This document shows positions 36,271 to 45,589 of a stretch of DNA of 64,000 bases, in pieces. The translations under genes and the position numbers were made by a program. Positions within the stretch are counted from its first letter, which is position 1, and every line of letters begins with the position of its first letter. The notes under the pieces were generated by a model. It saw nothing but the letters and a program-made list of their open reading frames with translations, ran no database searches and was not told the DNA's origin. Origin of the DNA: an uncultured bacterium (lineage in GTDB: Bacteria; Patescibacteriota; Microgenomatia; Levybacterales; UBA12049); assembly GCA_963826535.1 (NCBI GenBank), contig CAWGXL010000001.1:78336-142335 (forward strand), in the 5' to 3' direction.

Positions 36271-38233
36271 TATGGACATAAAAATTCTTGACTCTGCCTT
36301 ACGTGAACATTTAGAGACAAAAGCGAAGCCATTTGACATAGCAAGAGCTCTATCTCTAACAAGCGCTTCCGTAGAAAAAATTGAAAAATTTAAAAAAGAC
36401 TATTTGTATCACATTGAAGTCACCACAAATCGAATTGACATGGCCTCAATCATAGGCATTGCCAGAGAAGCAGCCGCAATATTGCCGCAATTCGGCTTTC
36501 CCGCCCATGTCATTGCGAGAAGCGAAACGACGCGGCAATCTCTTCCAAAAATAAAACCTTCAGAAAAACAAACTATAGAAATCCAAAGTAACGACAAACT
36601 CGTCAACCGTATTTGCGCTGTAATCATGGAGGTAACCCAAAAAGAATCTCCTGATTACATAAAAGACTTGCTTGAAGCAGCAGGAATACGTTGCCTCAAC
36701 AATCTTATCGATGTAACCAATTATGTCATACTTGAAATTGGCCACCCCACTCACGTATTTGATTATGACCGGCTACTTTCAAAAAAACTTATAATCCGTG
36801 AATCAAAAAAAGGGGAAAAAATTATTACTCTTGATAATAAAGAGCAAACACTTTTAGGCGGAGATATCGTTGCCGACAACGGAAAAGGAGAAATCATCGA
36901 TCTCTTAGGCATTATGGGGACCTTAAATTCAGTAGTAACAGATGAAACAAAACGCATATTATTCTTCATCAACAACAATGATCCCGTACGAATAAGAAAA
37001 ACGTCAATGTCTCTTGGAATTAGGACTGATGCCGCATCTCTCAATGAAAAAAATGTTGATCCTGAACTCGCCATTCAGGCACTGTATCGGGGAATTGAAT
37101 TATATCAAAAAACAGCTGATGCAAAAATCGTCAGCGAAATTATCAATATCTATCCAAAAAAATGGCGCCCAAAAACAATCACAGTGTCCGTTGAAAAAAT
37201 AAACCAAGTAATAGGTGTAAACATCTCTTTAAAAGTGGCAGCATTGATGCTCGAGCGATTGGACTTCAAAGTGAAACTGAATACAAATACCATAGCAGTA
37301 ACAATTCCATCTTACCGTGACTCAGATATGAATATTGCCGAAGACGTTATCGAAGAAATTGCCCGAATGTATGGATACCACAATATTAAAGGCAAACTAC
37401 CCCCTCTCAATTCAATCACGTCTCACCGGTATATAAATAAATTTTTCTGGGAAAATCGTGCCAAAGAAGCATTAAAGTATTGGGGATTTACTGAAGTCTA
37501 CACTTATTCAATGGTTTCAAAAAATATAATTACTGGACCAATTGAAAACGCACTAACTTTAAAAAATCCTTTTGATGAAGAACATATCTACATGAGAAAT
37601 ACGCTGATAAATAGTCACTTAGAAATTGTCAATGAAAACAAAAGCAGAGAAAAAATAAAAATTTTTGAAATGGCAAATGTCTATCATAAAAAGAATAAAG
37701 ACTTGCCTGATGAAATACAAACTCTGGCAGGAGTTGTTAAAGATAAAAATGTTAACTTTTACACAGTTAAAGGCTATGTTGAACAACTAACTATAAATTT
37801 AGGAATCGATAATCTACGATTTGAAACTTATAAAGGAACGGGTGCAGATATGTATCTCGGCAAAAAATATCTTGGAAGAATATCTGTATTAACTGAAAAT
37901 TTAATAGTGTTTGAGCTAAACTTCGCAATACTGGTGGAAAATGCCACCCTCAAAAAAACTTACTCACCTCTTAGTAAATTTCCGCAAGTCAATGAAGACC
38001 TGGCAATCATTGCCCCAACAAACATCTCAACAGGCGCGATTATTGACACAATAAAAAATCAAAACCCCCTAATTAAAGAAGTATCCCTGCTCGACAAATA
38101 TCAAGACACACGCACATATCACGTCATATATCAAAGTTACAAAAAAAATCTGACAAGCGAAGAAGTAGGGGACATCCGTCAAAAAATCCTCAAAACCCTA
38201 AAAGAAAAATTCAACGCGAGATTAAAGGAATAA
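36266..38233 (+). CDS. pheT: phenylalanyl-tRNA synthetase beta subunit (short form lacking N-terminal OB-fold tRNA-binding domain)
   Basis: B3/B4, B5, catalytic-like and C-terminal FDX-ACB-like regions; 655 aa against ~800 in E. coli. Confidence 0.9.
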   Translation: MNMDIKILDSALREHLETKAKPFDIARALSLTSASVEKIEKFKKDYLYHIEVTTNRIDMASIIGIAREAAAILPQFGFPAHVIARSETTRQSLPKIKPSEKQTIEIQSNDKLVNRICAVIMEVTQKESPDYIKDLLEAAGIRCLNNLIDVTNYVILEIGHPTHVFDYDRLLSKKLIIRESKKGEKIITLDNKEQTLLGGDIVADNGKGEIIDLLGIMGTLNSVVTDETKRILFFINNNDPVRIRKTSMSLGIRTDAASLNEKNVDPELAIQALYRGIELYQKTADAKIVSEIINIYPKKWRPKTITVSVEKINQVIGVNISLKVAALMLERLDFKVKLNTNTIAVTIPSYRDSDMNIAEDVIEEIARMYGYHNIKGKLPPLNSITSHRYINKFFWENRAKEALKYWGFTEVYTYSMVSKNIITGPIENALTLKNPFDEEHIYMRNTLINSHLEIVNENKSREKIKIFEMANVYHKKNKDLPDEIQTLAGVVKDKNVNFYTVKGYVEQLTINLGIDNLRFETYKGTGADMYLGKKYLGRISVLTENLIVFELNFAILVENATLKKTYSPLSKFPQVNEDLAIIAPTNISTGAIIDTIKNQNPLIKEVSLLDKYQDTRTYHVIYQSYKKNLTSEEVGDIRQKILKTLKEKFNARLKE

Positions 38234-38243
38234 CTACTCAAAG

Positions 38244-40592
38244 TTAAAGATTTATCTCTCCTAAATTAAGAACCGACGTTGGAGTCGGACCCTCCGTTAC
38301 TTCAGGTACCGGAGTATTTGTAGCAGCTGGGACCTGTGCAGCTCCCGGAGTGGGAGTAGGCGTAGGCGCACTTCCGCTAGTATTTTTATTTTCATTCCTT
38401 ACCTCATCCGGTGGATGATACATCTTATCATCCCTATGCTCAGTATTGAGCCACTCATCAATCGCTTTCTGCCAACGATTCTCGCCATCGGTTGAAGCTG
38501 GATCTGTCTCTTTGAATACCAAATAATTCTGCCCGTCCTTACTTCGATAAATTGAAGATTCTGATGTCGGTTCAGTGCCTTTTATAAAATACTCTGACCG
38601 GGTCCCTTGCCCCCCATGAGGCAAACCGCCCGCAAAAGCATCTACTTGCAATGCCACAACTTTGTCCGGCTTATTTGGCTGCTCATCTGATTTATTCTTC
38701 AAAACATGACTCATAATTTTATTCCAAATTGGCGAAGCGCCGGTAATACCCGACGCTATAGCAGGATCCATCGGAGAATTGTCACTATTCCCCACCCAAA
38801 CACCCGCTACAAATGAAGGAGTATAGCCGACAGTCCAGTTATCTCTTTTCTCATCGGTTGTTCCGGTCTTAACAGACACCGTCTTGCCCGACACTCCCAG
38901 CCAGGACTGTGTCCCGAATGCTGTCGCTCGCGCATTACTATCTAACAAAATATGTGAAATTATAAATGCGATTTCTTCAGAAAGTACCCTCTTCCCTTCC
39001 TTCTTTTTATATTCAAAAAGCTCACGTCCATTACTGTCTTTTACCTTCAATATCGAAACCGGATCTTGCCGGACTCCTTTATTCGCAAACACACTATATG
39101 CGGTAATCTCATCCATAAGCGATGCACCGCGCCCGCCTAACGCCAGCGACAATCCTACTTGTGACTTATTTTCAGCTGTCGGCTCCCAATTTCTGATCCC
39201 CATGTCATACGCCTTCTTCATCCCCGCATCGATACCAACAAGCGCCATCACTTTCACTGCCGGAATATTGAATGAATTACCCAATGCAAAACGCAGTTGT
39301 GTTGGTCCATGAAATTTCCCGTCATAATTTACCGGAACATATGGCTTCCCCGGGTCATTACTTGGGAATTCAGTCCGGGTATCTATCAACATAGTTGCTG
39401 CAGTATATCCTTTCTCAAATGCAGCCGCATAAATAATAGGCTTAAGCGATGAACCTGGATTTCTATTATTTGAAGTCGCGACATTGAAATTACCGTCAAT
39501 ATCTTCATTGAAATAGTCTTTACTTCCGACCATCGCCAAAATCTCACCCGTCTTTGGATCCACCACCACTGCGGCAGCGTTATTAACATCATAATTCTTC
39601 AATTTATCAATCTCCTCTTTCACGATTTCCTCTGCTTTTTTCTCTAGTTCATAGTCAAGTGTCGTTGTAACCTGCAACCCGCCGCCCAAAACAGTTTGAG
39701 CGCCAAACTGTTCCTCCAATTTATCTTTTACATACATCACAAAATGAGGTGCTTTTATTGACGAATATTTCTGTGAAAACTTAAATCGCCCAACCTGCTT
39801 ATATGCCTCGTCAGATTCAGCTTGACTAATATACCCATTTTCGACCATCTGTTTTAAAACTGCCTTTGTCCTTCCCAAATAATATCTATTACCGCTAAAC
39901 GGCGAATAAAGACTCGGACTCTGCGGCAAACCTGCCATAAAAACAGACTCTGCCAAAGTCAGCTTATTTGCCGGTTTTCCGAAATACATTTCACTTGCAG
40001 CTTCAGCCCCAATAGCTGTACCACCATAAGGAATATTATTCAAATACATCTCCAGGATCTCGTCCTTACTGTATTTCTGATTAACCTGTATTGAAAGTAT
40101 AAGTTCTTTAATTTTTCTAGGCAGACTACGTTCTGGAGAAAGAAGCACATTTTTAACAAGTTGCTGGCTGATTGTTGAACCTCCTGCCAACCCTTTACCC
40201 TCTAAATAATTCTTAACGACACGAAGATACGCGACAGGAGAAAACCCTTTATTTTCATAAAAATCTTCGTCCTCTATTGCAATAGTAGACTCCCGAAGCG
40301 ACTGTGGAATGTCCGTTAGCTTTACATAAGTCCTGTTCTCGTCTTGATAAACAGAGTAAAGCAGTACACCTTTTTTATCATAGATTCTTGTTGCGTCTTT
40401 ATACTTCGAAGCAATTAGTTTTCCCGGAGTAGGCAGATCACGGCTGTACCAAACAAAAAGAACCGGCACTGCAATAATGCATGCGACAATTCCCAAAAAA
40501 AATATTATGAGTGCTTTATTAAACACCTTCAACCAAGGTACCCGAACACCATCTCTCCCACGCCTGCGTCGTCTGGAAGTTCTATAGTCCAT
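38244..40592 (-). CDS. class A penicillin-binding protein (PBP1A: glycosyltransferase + transpeptidase)
   Basis: N-terminal TM, GT51 motifs (EDxxFYxHxG, GGSTISQQLVKN), transpeptidase SxxK/SxN/KTG (..SGKTVSVKTGTT..), and a Pro/Thr-rich C-terminal tail. Confidence 0.9.
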   Translation of the reverse strand: MDYRTSRRRRRGRDGVRVPWLKVFNKALIIFFLGIVACIIAVPVLFVWYSRDLPTPGKLIASKYKDATRIYDKKGVLLYSVYQDENRTYVKLTDIPQSLRESTIAIEDEDFYENKGFSPVAYLRVVKNYLEGKGLAGGSTISQQLVKNVLLSPERSLPRKIKELILSIQVNQKYSKDEILEMYLNNIPYGGTAIGAEAASEMYFGKPANKLTLAESVFMAGLPQSPSLYSPFSGNRYYLGRTKAVLKQMVENGYISQAESDEAYKQVGRFKFSQKYSSIKAPHFVMYVKDKLEEQFGAQTVLGGGLQVTTTLDYELEKKAEEIVKEEIDKLKNYDVNNAAAVVVDPKTGEILAMVGSKDYFNEDIDGNFNVATSNNRNPGSSLKPIIYAAAFEKGYTAATMLIDTRTEFPSNDPGKPYVPVNYDGKFHGPTQLRFALGNSFNIPAVKVMALVGIDAGMKKAYDMGIRNWEPTAENKSQVGLSLALGGRGASLMDEITAYSVFANKGVRQDPVSILKVKDSNGRELFEYKKKEGKRVLSEEIAFIISHILLDSNARATAFGTQSWLGVSGKTVSVKTGTTDEKRDNWTVGYTPSFVAGVWVGNSDNSPMDPAIASGITGASPIWNKIMSHVLKNKSDEQPNKPDKVVALQVDAFAGGLPHGGQGTRSEYFIKGTEPTSESSIYRSKDGQNYLVFKETDPASTDGENRWQKAIDEWLNTEHRDDKMYHPPDEVRNENKNTSGSAPTPTPTPGAAQVPAATNTPVPEVTEGPTPTSVLNLGEINL

Positions 40593-40650
40593 AAGAAGTC
40601 TAAGTATTATACCAAACCCGAGATTACTTATGCTATACTTGCGCTAATAC

Positions 40651-40680
40651 CCTGTCATTCCCGCGAAGGCGGGAATCCAG
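40651..40680. repeat. GC-rich hairpin repeat unit (ctgtcattcccgcgaaggcgggaatcc)
   Basis: Perfect 7-bp stem ttcccgc/gcgggaa with a GAAG loop; shares the GTCATnCCG..CGAAG motif with 10161-10208 and 36153-36270. Confidence 0.45.
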
Positions 40681-40695
40681 TAGGCTATAAACATT

Positions 40696-41907
40696 ATGGA
40701 CAAGATCGAAGAAATACTAACCCGCGGAGTAGCCAATATCATTCCGAACAAACAAGAACTGGGAAAGCTTCTCCGCTCAGAAAAAAAAATAAACGTATAC
40801 TTAGGCATAGATCCAACATCGCCCCATATCCACCTTGGCCATGCCCTTCCTCTCAGGAAATTACAAGCCTTAGCAGAGCTTGGACATAACGCCACTTTAC
40901 TTATTGGTGATTTTACCGCACTAGTAGGCGATACTTCAGACAAAGAATCCGAAAGGCCCATGCTTACAAAAGAAGAGATCAATAAAAATTTTCAAACATA
41001 CAAAAACCAAGCGGAAAAAATCGTTAATTTATCAAAAGTAAAAATCAGATATAACAGCGAATGGTTAAGTAAACTGAGCTTTGAGGATGGTATAAAACTT
41101 CAGAAAAAATTTTCCCTGAACGATTTTAGCAGTCGGGAATTGATTAAAAAAAGATTAATTGAAGGAAAACACGTTCGACTGGATGAAACATCATATCCAC
41201 TAATGCAGGGTTATGACAGCTACATCTTAGATACTGATATTCAGTTGGGAGCAGCAGATCAAACATTTAATATGCAAGCAGGCCGTACCTTACAGAAAAT
41301 ATTACGAAATAAAGAATCCTTCATTATCGCCAATGACTATCTGGAAGGCACAGATGGGCGGAAAATGAGCAAATCCTGGGGTAATGCGATTTGGCTCGAC
41401 GATTCAGCTGAAGATATGTACGTCAAAGTCATGGCAATCAAGGATGATTTAATTATTCAATACTTCACCCTTGCAACAAATCTCCCCCTTCAAGAAATAG
41501 ATGATATAAAAAAATCACTCGAAAAAAACAAGAATCCCATGGCTCTTAAAAAACAATTAGCCTTTGAAATTACTTCCGAATTACATGACAACATCACAGC
41601 CCAAAAAGCAGCTGAAAACTTTGAAAAAACTGTACAAAAAGACGAAATGCCTACAATTATTCCAACACTAGAAATTTCCATAAATGATACTATTACTACT
41701 TCAGATGTTGTGGTGGAATTAAATCTTGCAACTAGCAAATCTGAAGCTAAAAGATTATTTGATCAAGGTGGCGTAAAAATAAATGGAGCATCAATTAGTA
41801 ACTCTCAAGCTTTGTTCAAACCATTTCTAAAAAATAGTGAGGCAATTATCCAAGTTGGCAAACGAAATTTCAAAAAAGTTAAACACAAAATGTCCCTTAA
41901 TTCTTGA
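40696..41907 (+). CDS. tyrS: tyrosyl-tRNA synthetase
   Basis: HIGH-like (PHIHLGH), KMSKS (KMSKSWGN) and a C-terminal S4-like domain. Confidence 0.95.
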   Translation: MDKIEEILTRGVANIIPNKQELGKLLRSEKKINVYLGIDPTSPHIHLGHALPLRKLQALAELGHNATLLIGDFTALVGDTSDKESERPMLTKEEINKNFQTYKNQAEKIVNLSKVKIRYNSEWLSKLSFEDGIKLQKKFSLNDFSSRELIKKRLIEGKHVRLDETSYPLMQGYDSYILDTDIQLGAADQTFNMQAGRTLQKILRNKESFIIANDYLEGTDGRKMSKSWGNAIWLDDSAEDMYVKVMAIKDDLIIQYFTLATNLPLQEIDDIKKSLEKNKNPMALKKQLAFEITSELHDNITAQKAAENFEKTVQKDEMPTIIPTLEISINDTITTSDVVVELNLATSKSEAKRLFDQGGVKINGASISNSQALFKPFLKNSEAIIQVGKRNFKKVKHKMSLNS

Positions 41908-41908
41908 G

Positions 41909-41935
41909 ACGTTCATGAATCTGAACGTGCCTTGA
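41909..41935 (+). terminator. possible weak intrinsic terminator after tyrS
   Basis: Hairpin acgttca-tgaatc-tgaacgt followed by a short T-containing tract; weak. Confidence 0.3.
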
Positions 41936-42094
41936 TTCGTATTTATTAATTCTATATAATAACCCTGTTATGGAATTTTTTCGCAAACATCCAATAATAG
42001 GAAGAGTCATAATCATTATCGCCGGCCTGGCTCTAATTGCCACCTCCTTCCTCCCATTCTTCATGTTGTAGTGAAAAAGCATTACCCACAATTA

Positions 42095-42123
42095 TTGACA
42101 TGCAGATTCATAAAAGGTAATAT
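42095..42123 (+). promoter_or_regulatory. candidate sigma70 promoter for the DUF433/PIN-like pair
   Basis: TTGACA (42095-42100), 17-nt spacer, TAATAT (42118-42123), 12 nt before the 42136 start. Confidence 0.45.
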
Positions 42124-42135
42124 AACACTAAATTT

Positions 42136-42357
42136 ATGAAATATTTAAATTCTGATCCAAAAATTATGGGCGGCGATCTGGTAATAAAGGGCACCAGGAT
42201 TCCTATTGATGTAATTCTTTACAGGCTCAAGGACGGTTATTCCATTCAGGAAATCCATCGTATGTACCCCACGCCTACTCTGGAAACCTTAAAGGGAGCA
42301 ATAGGAGAGGCAATCGACCTTCTTACAACCAAAATTCATGGTAAAGAGATTTTATAA
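42136..42357 (+). CDS. DUF433-family small protein (putative antitoxin-like partner)
   Basis: 73 aa; ...IMGGDLVIKGTRIPIDVILYRLKDGYSIQEI... matches recalled DUF433 conservation; overlaps the downstream gene. Confidence 0.6.
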   Translation: MKYLNSDPKIMGGDLVIKGTRIPIDVILYRLKDGYSIQEIHRMYPTPTLETLKGAIGEAIDLLTTKIHGKEIL

Positions 42358-42697
42358 ACATAAACTTTTATTGGACGAAAACATGCCGCTACGCTCAGAC
42401 CTCCCTCAGCTAAATAAACATTTTGACGTAAAGCATGTTGATCATGATCTTAAACAAGGCGGAATATCAGATCAAAAAGTATATAACCTTGCTGTTACTC
42501 AGAAACGAATCATAATCACTCGTAATACAAAACACTTTCTTCCTCTCGCCGGCACTAAGGCTGATGTTGGCATTATTGGTATACCTCCACATTGGTTCAC
42601 CACTCAAGTAGATAATAAATTAATCTCATTTCTCAAAACCAAAACTCCCAAAACCTTACGAAAAAAACTAATCCCATTGAGTAAAGTACAAAAATAA
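42338..42697 (+). CDS. DUF5615/Mut7-C-like PIN-fold protein (putative toxin partner)
   Basis: 119 aa, LLLDENMP...DQKVYNLAVTQKRIIITRNTKHF; DUF433-DUF5615 gene pairs recur in bacteria. Confidence 0.5.
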   Translation: MVKRFYKHKLLLDENMPLRSDLPQLNKHFDVKHVDHDLKQGGISDQKVYNLAVTQKRIIITRNTKHFLPLAGTKADVGIIGIPPHWFTTQVDNKLISFLKTKTPKTLRKKLIPLSKVQK

Positions 42698-42708
42698 TCT
42701 AACTACTT

Positions 42709-44952
42709 ATGTGTGGCATAGCAGCTATAATTGGAAAAAACAAACAAGAAGCCACAGATCTAAAAAAGATGCTTTTGCCAATTTTGCACAGAGGCGAAAA
42801 GAAGTATTTCAATGAAAGCTTAGATTTGGGCAAATGCGTGCTAGGAATGAATCGCCTCGCTATTGTTGATAGGGAAAAAGCAATACAACCAATTAAATCC
42901 AATAATGGCAAATTTTATATTGTTTATAACGGCGAAATCTATAACTATAAAGACTTGCAAAAAGAATTAATATATAAAGGATACAAGTTCTCAACAAATT
43001 CAGACACAGAAGTTTTGGTTAATGGCTACCAGGAATGGGGCGAAAAATTATTAGATAAAATCAGCGGCATGTTTGCTTTCTTCATTTATGATAAACAAAC
43101 AAATAGCTTTTTTGCCGCAAGAGACCCAATTGGGGTTAAACCGCTCTACTGGGCTAAGGACGACCAAGACAATTACTATTTTGCCTCCGAAATTAAATCA
43201 TTGGTAATTCTAAAACAGATCGAAAAAGTTAATCTATTCCCACCCGCTCATTTCATGAAAAATGGAAACATAATGCGTTACTGGAATATGCCGCAAGTAG
43301 CTGAAGAATATCCAAGCGAAGCAGAAGCAGCACGGACAATAAAAGAATTATTTGAGCGGGCAGTGCAAATTAGAGTTCAAACAGATTTACCCATCGGCGT
43401 ATACCTGAGTGGAGGCATAGATAGCACCTCTGTTATTGCCATGGCAAGAAAATTTCATCCTGACGTGACTGCGATCATTATGGGCAACGATAGTTCGGAA
43501 GATAAGGAAATCGCCCTGCGTTACTGTAAAGAGTTTGGAGTTAACTATTCCTTAGTTACCCCGCCAAAGGAGACAGCAATAATTGAGAAAGATATTCCCC
43601 GCACAATTGAGGTTACGGAAAGCTTTGAGCCAAACATGATACGGCCTTCAACACTTTCACGGTATTTAGCTAAAGGCGCAAAAGATGCGGGATTAAAAAT
43701 AATATTATGCGGCGAGGGTTCAGATGAACTTTTTGCCGGTTATCCGGAATTTTCTACTCTGCCAGGTCCCCAAGAAGTAGATGATGCATGTCGCGCATTT
43801 CTCAATGACCTTCATCGCACCCAACTCCAGCGTGTTGACAGAACATCCATGGAAGTTACAACCGAAGTCAGAGAACCTTTCCTTGATAAAGAATTGGTTG
43901 AATATGTCATGAAATTACCGGCACATTTTAAAATAAAAAAGGACGGGAACGAAACCATTACAAAATATATTTTGCGAATTGCCACGACTTCCGAGCTGCC
44001 TGACTACATAGTTAATAGAAAAAAAGTTGTCTTAAACGAGGGCGCAGGCTACAGCGGCAACCAAAAAACAAGCTTTTTTGCCGACAAAATAGCAGAACGG
44101 GTTTCAGATAAAGAATTCAATCAGTATCTCAATGATTATAAAGACTGGAGCCTTGAAACAAAAGAAGAAGTCTATTATTTTAAATTGTTTAAATCATTCG
44201 GCTATGATAAAGCGGTTTTCAATAAAGTCCGAACCGTCGTTAATAAAACAGCTACATTACAAAACGATATTAAATTCGCTCAGAAAATTTTAGAAAGTTT
44301 CGATACATGGAAATTCAAGAGAGAACAACCAAAAACAGAAGGAAAGATGCGGGAAGCCATATTACACGCAGTCCGGTCAAAAAACCCAATACAGTTTGTC
44401 ATGTACTGGGGGAAAGATGAAAGATCTGTTGCCGGAGAGAAAGAGAGGAGGGCTATTTCATACCTAAAACAAATGCTCGACACAATACACAAGAAATACC
44501 CACCCGGCGCAATTTTAACTTTTATTTTAAACGATACACACGCCGAATTGAACGGTTATACCAAATCGCAAATCGACCACTATTTCGATTCAATCGTTAA
44601 ACAGGCAAAACAAGGAGATTTTGAAACTACTCGCTTAAGCACGCTGGCAGCTTTCAACGAACAAATCCTTATGAAAAAGAAAGACGATGTTAAGATACCT
44701 GACGCGCTGCTAAAACTTTTAGTCGTGACGTCTAAAAAGCATTGCAAACGATACGATCCCGATACAGGAGCGAAACTCTACTATCTACAAAATCAGATTG
44801 AGAAAAAAGAAATTGAACAAAATTACCCCAACTCTATTTTTCTAACCTACAACGGCAGTGAACTGGATAAAATTTTACCGCTCAAATTGCCAATTTTTTA
44901 TATGTACTCTATTAAAGAAGGAAGAAGCATAAAGCCTTGGTTTGATGATTAA
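42709..44952 (+). CDS. asnB: asparagine synthetase B (glutamine-hydrolysing) with ~220-aa C-terminal extension of unknown function
   Basis: MCGIAAIIGK N-terminal nucleophile Cys2, GATase-2 domain, PP-loop SGGIDSTSV; 747 aa against ~550 typical. Confidence 0.85.
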   Translation: MCGIAAIIGKNKQEATDLKKMLLPILHRGEKKYFNESLDLGKCVLGMNRLAIVDREKAIQPIKSNNGKFYIVYNGEIYNYKDLQKELIYKGYKFSTNSDTEVLVNGYQEWGEKLLDKISGMFAFFIYDKQTNSFFAARDPIGVKPLYWAKDDQDNYYFASEIKSLVILKQIEKVNLFPPAHFMKNGNIMRYWNMPQVAEEYPSEAEAARTIKELFERAVQIRVQTDLPIGVYLSGGIDSTSVIAMARKFHPDVTAIIMGNDSSEDKEIALRYCKEFGVNYSLVTPPKETAIIEKDIPRTIEVTESFEPNMIRPSTLSRYLAKGAKDAGLKIILCGEGSDELFAGYPEFSTLPGPQEVDDACRAFLNDLHRTQLQRVDRTSMEVTTEVREPFLDKELVEYVMKLPAHFKIKKDGNETITKYILRIATTSELPDYIVNRKKVVLNEGAGYSGNQKTSFFADKIAERVSDKEFNQYLNDYKDWSLETKEEVYYFKLFKSFGYDKAVFNKVRTVVNKTATLQNDIKFAQKILESFDTWKFKREQPKTEGKMREAILHAVRSKNPIQFVMYWGKDERSVAGEKERRAISYLKQMLDTIHKKYPPGAILTFILNDTHAELNGYTKSQIDHYFDSIVKQAKQGDFETTRLSTLAAFNEQILMKKKDDVKIPDALLKLLVVTSKKHCKRYDPDTGAKLYYLQNQIEKKEIEQNYPNSIFLTYNGSELDKILPLKLPIFYMYSIKEGRSIKPWFDD

Positions 44953-45024
44953 AACTCTATATATTTTTAGAATTACAACAAATATAGACACTTAAAGACA
45001 AAAATTGTATAATCACTTAAAATT

Positions 45025-45456
45025 ATGAACAAAACAGACAATAAACTAAAGAAAGAGATAACATCCTGGCTTCAACGATTTGCAGAAATGGTCAGAAGCA
45101 AAAAATATACCGATGCTGAAGAATTCTTTGATAAAAATACATTTGGTTTTGGCACTATTGCTGCCCTATATTCAAACCTTGCCGAATACGAAACCAAACA
45201 ATGGAAAGAGTGCTGGGGTACGACGAAAGACTTTGAATTCGATTATTCGACTCTGCAATTTATAACAAGTGACGACAAGAGCCTCATAGTCATAGGCATT
45301 ATGTGGAAAAGCATTGGCGTCAAACCCGATGGTTCGGAATTTCCCCGAGAAGGAAGAACTACAACAGTTCTGAAACGTGACAAAAAAACCGGATCACTTA
45401 TAAGTGTTCATAATCATTATTCCCGTGTGCCGAAAAATTTCCCAGATGATTTTTGA
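45025..45456 (+). CDS. NTF2/SnoaL-like fold protein, putative
   Basis: 143 aa, alpha+beta cone-like pattern; weak assignment. Confidence 0.35.
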   Translation: MNKTDNKLKKEITSWLQRFAEMVRSKKYTDAEEFFDKNTFGFGTIAALYSNLAEYETKQWKECWGTTKDFEFDYSTLQFITSDDKSLIVIGIMWKSIGVKPDGSEFPREGRTTTVLKRDKKTGSLISVHNHYSRVPKNFPDDF

Positions 45457-45589
45457 ACAGAATACCTGAAGCCCCTTTTATATGTCGATCCGAGATATTA
45501 AATAACAAACTAATCCCGCTCAATCAAGAAAAATAAGTTTTAGCCAAATAAATGACAAACAAGAGTTACCTGATATAATATATACCTGA

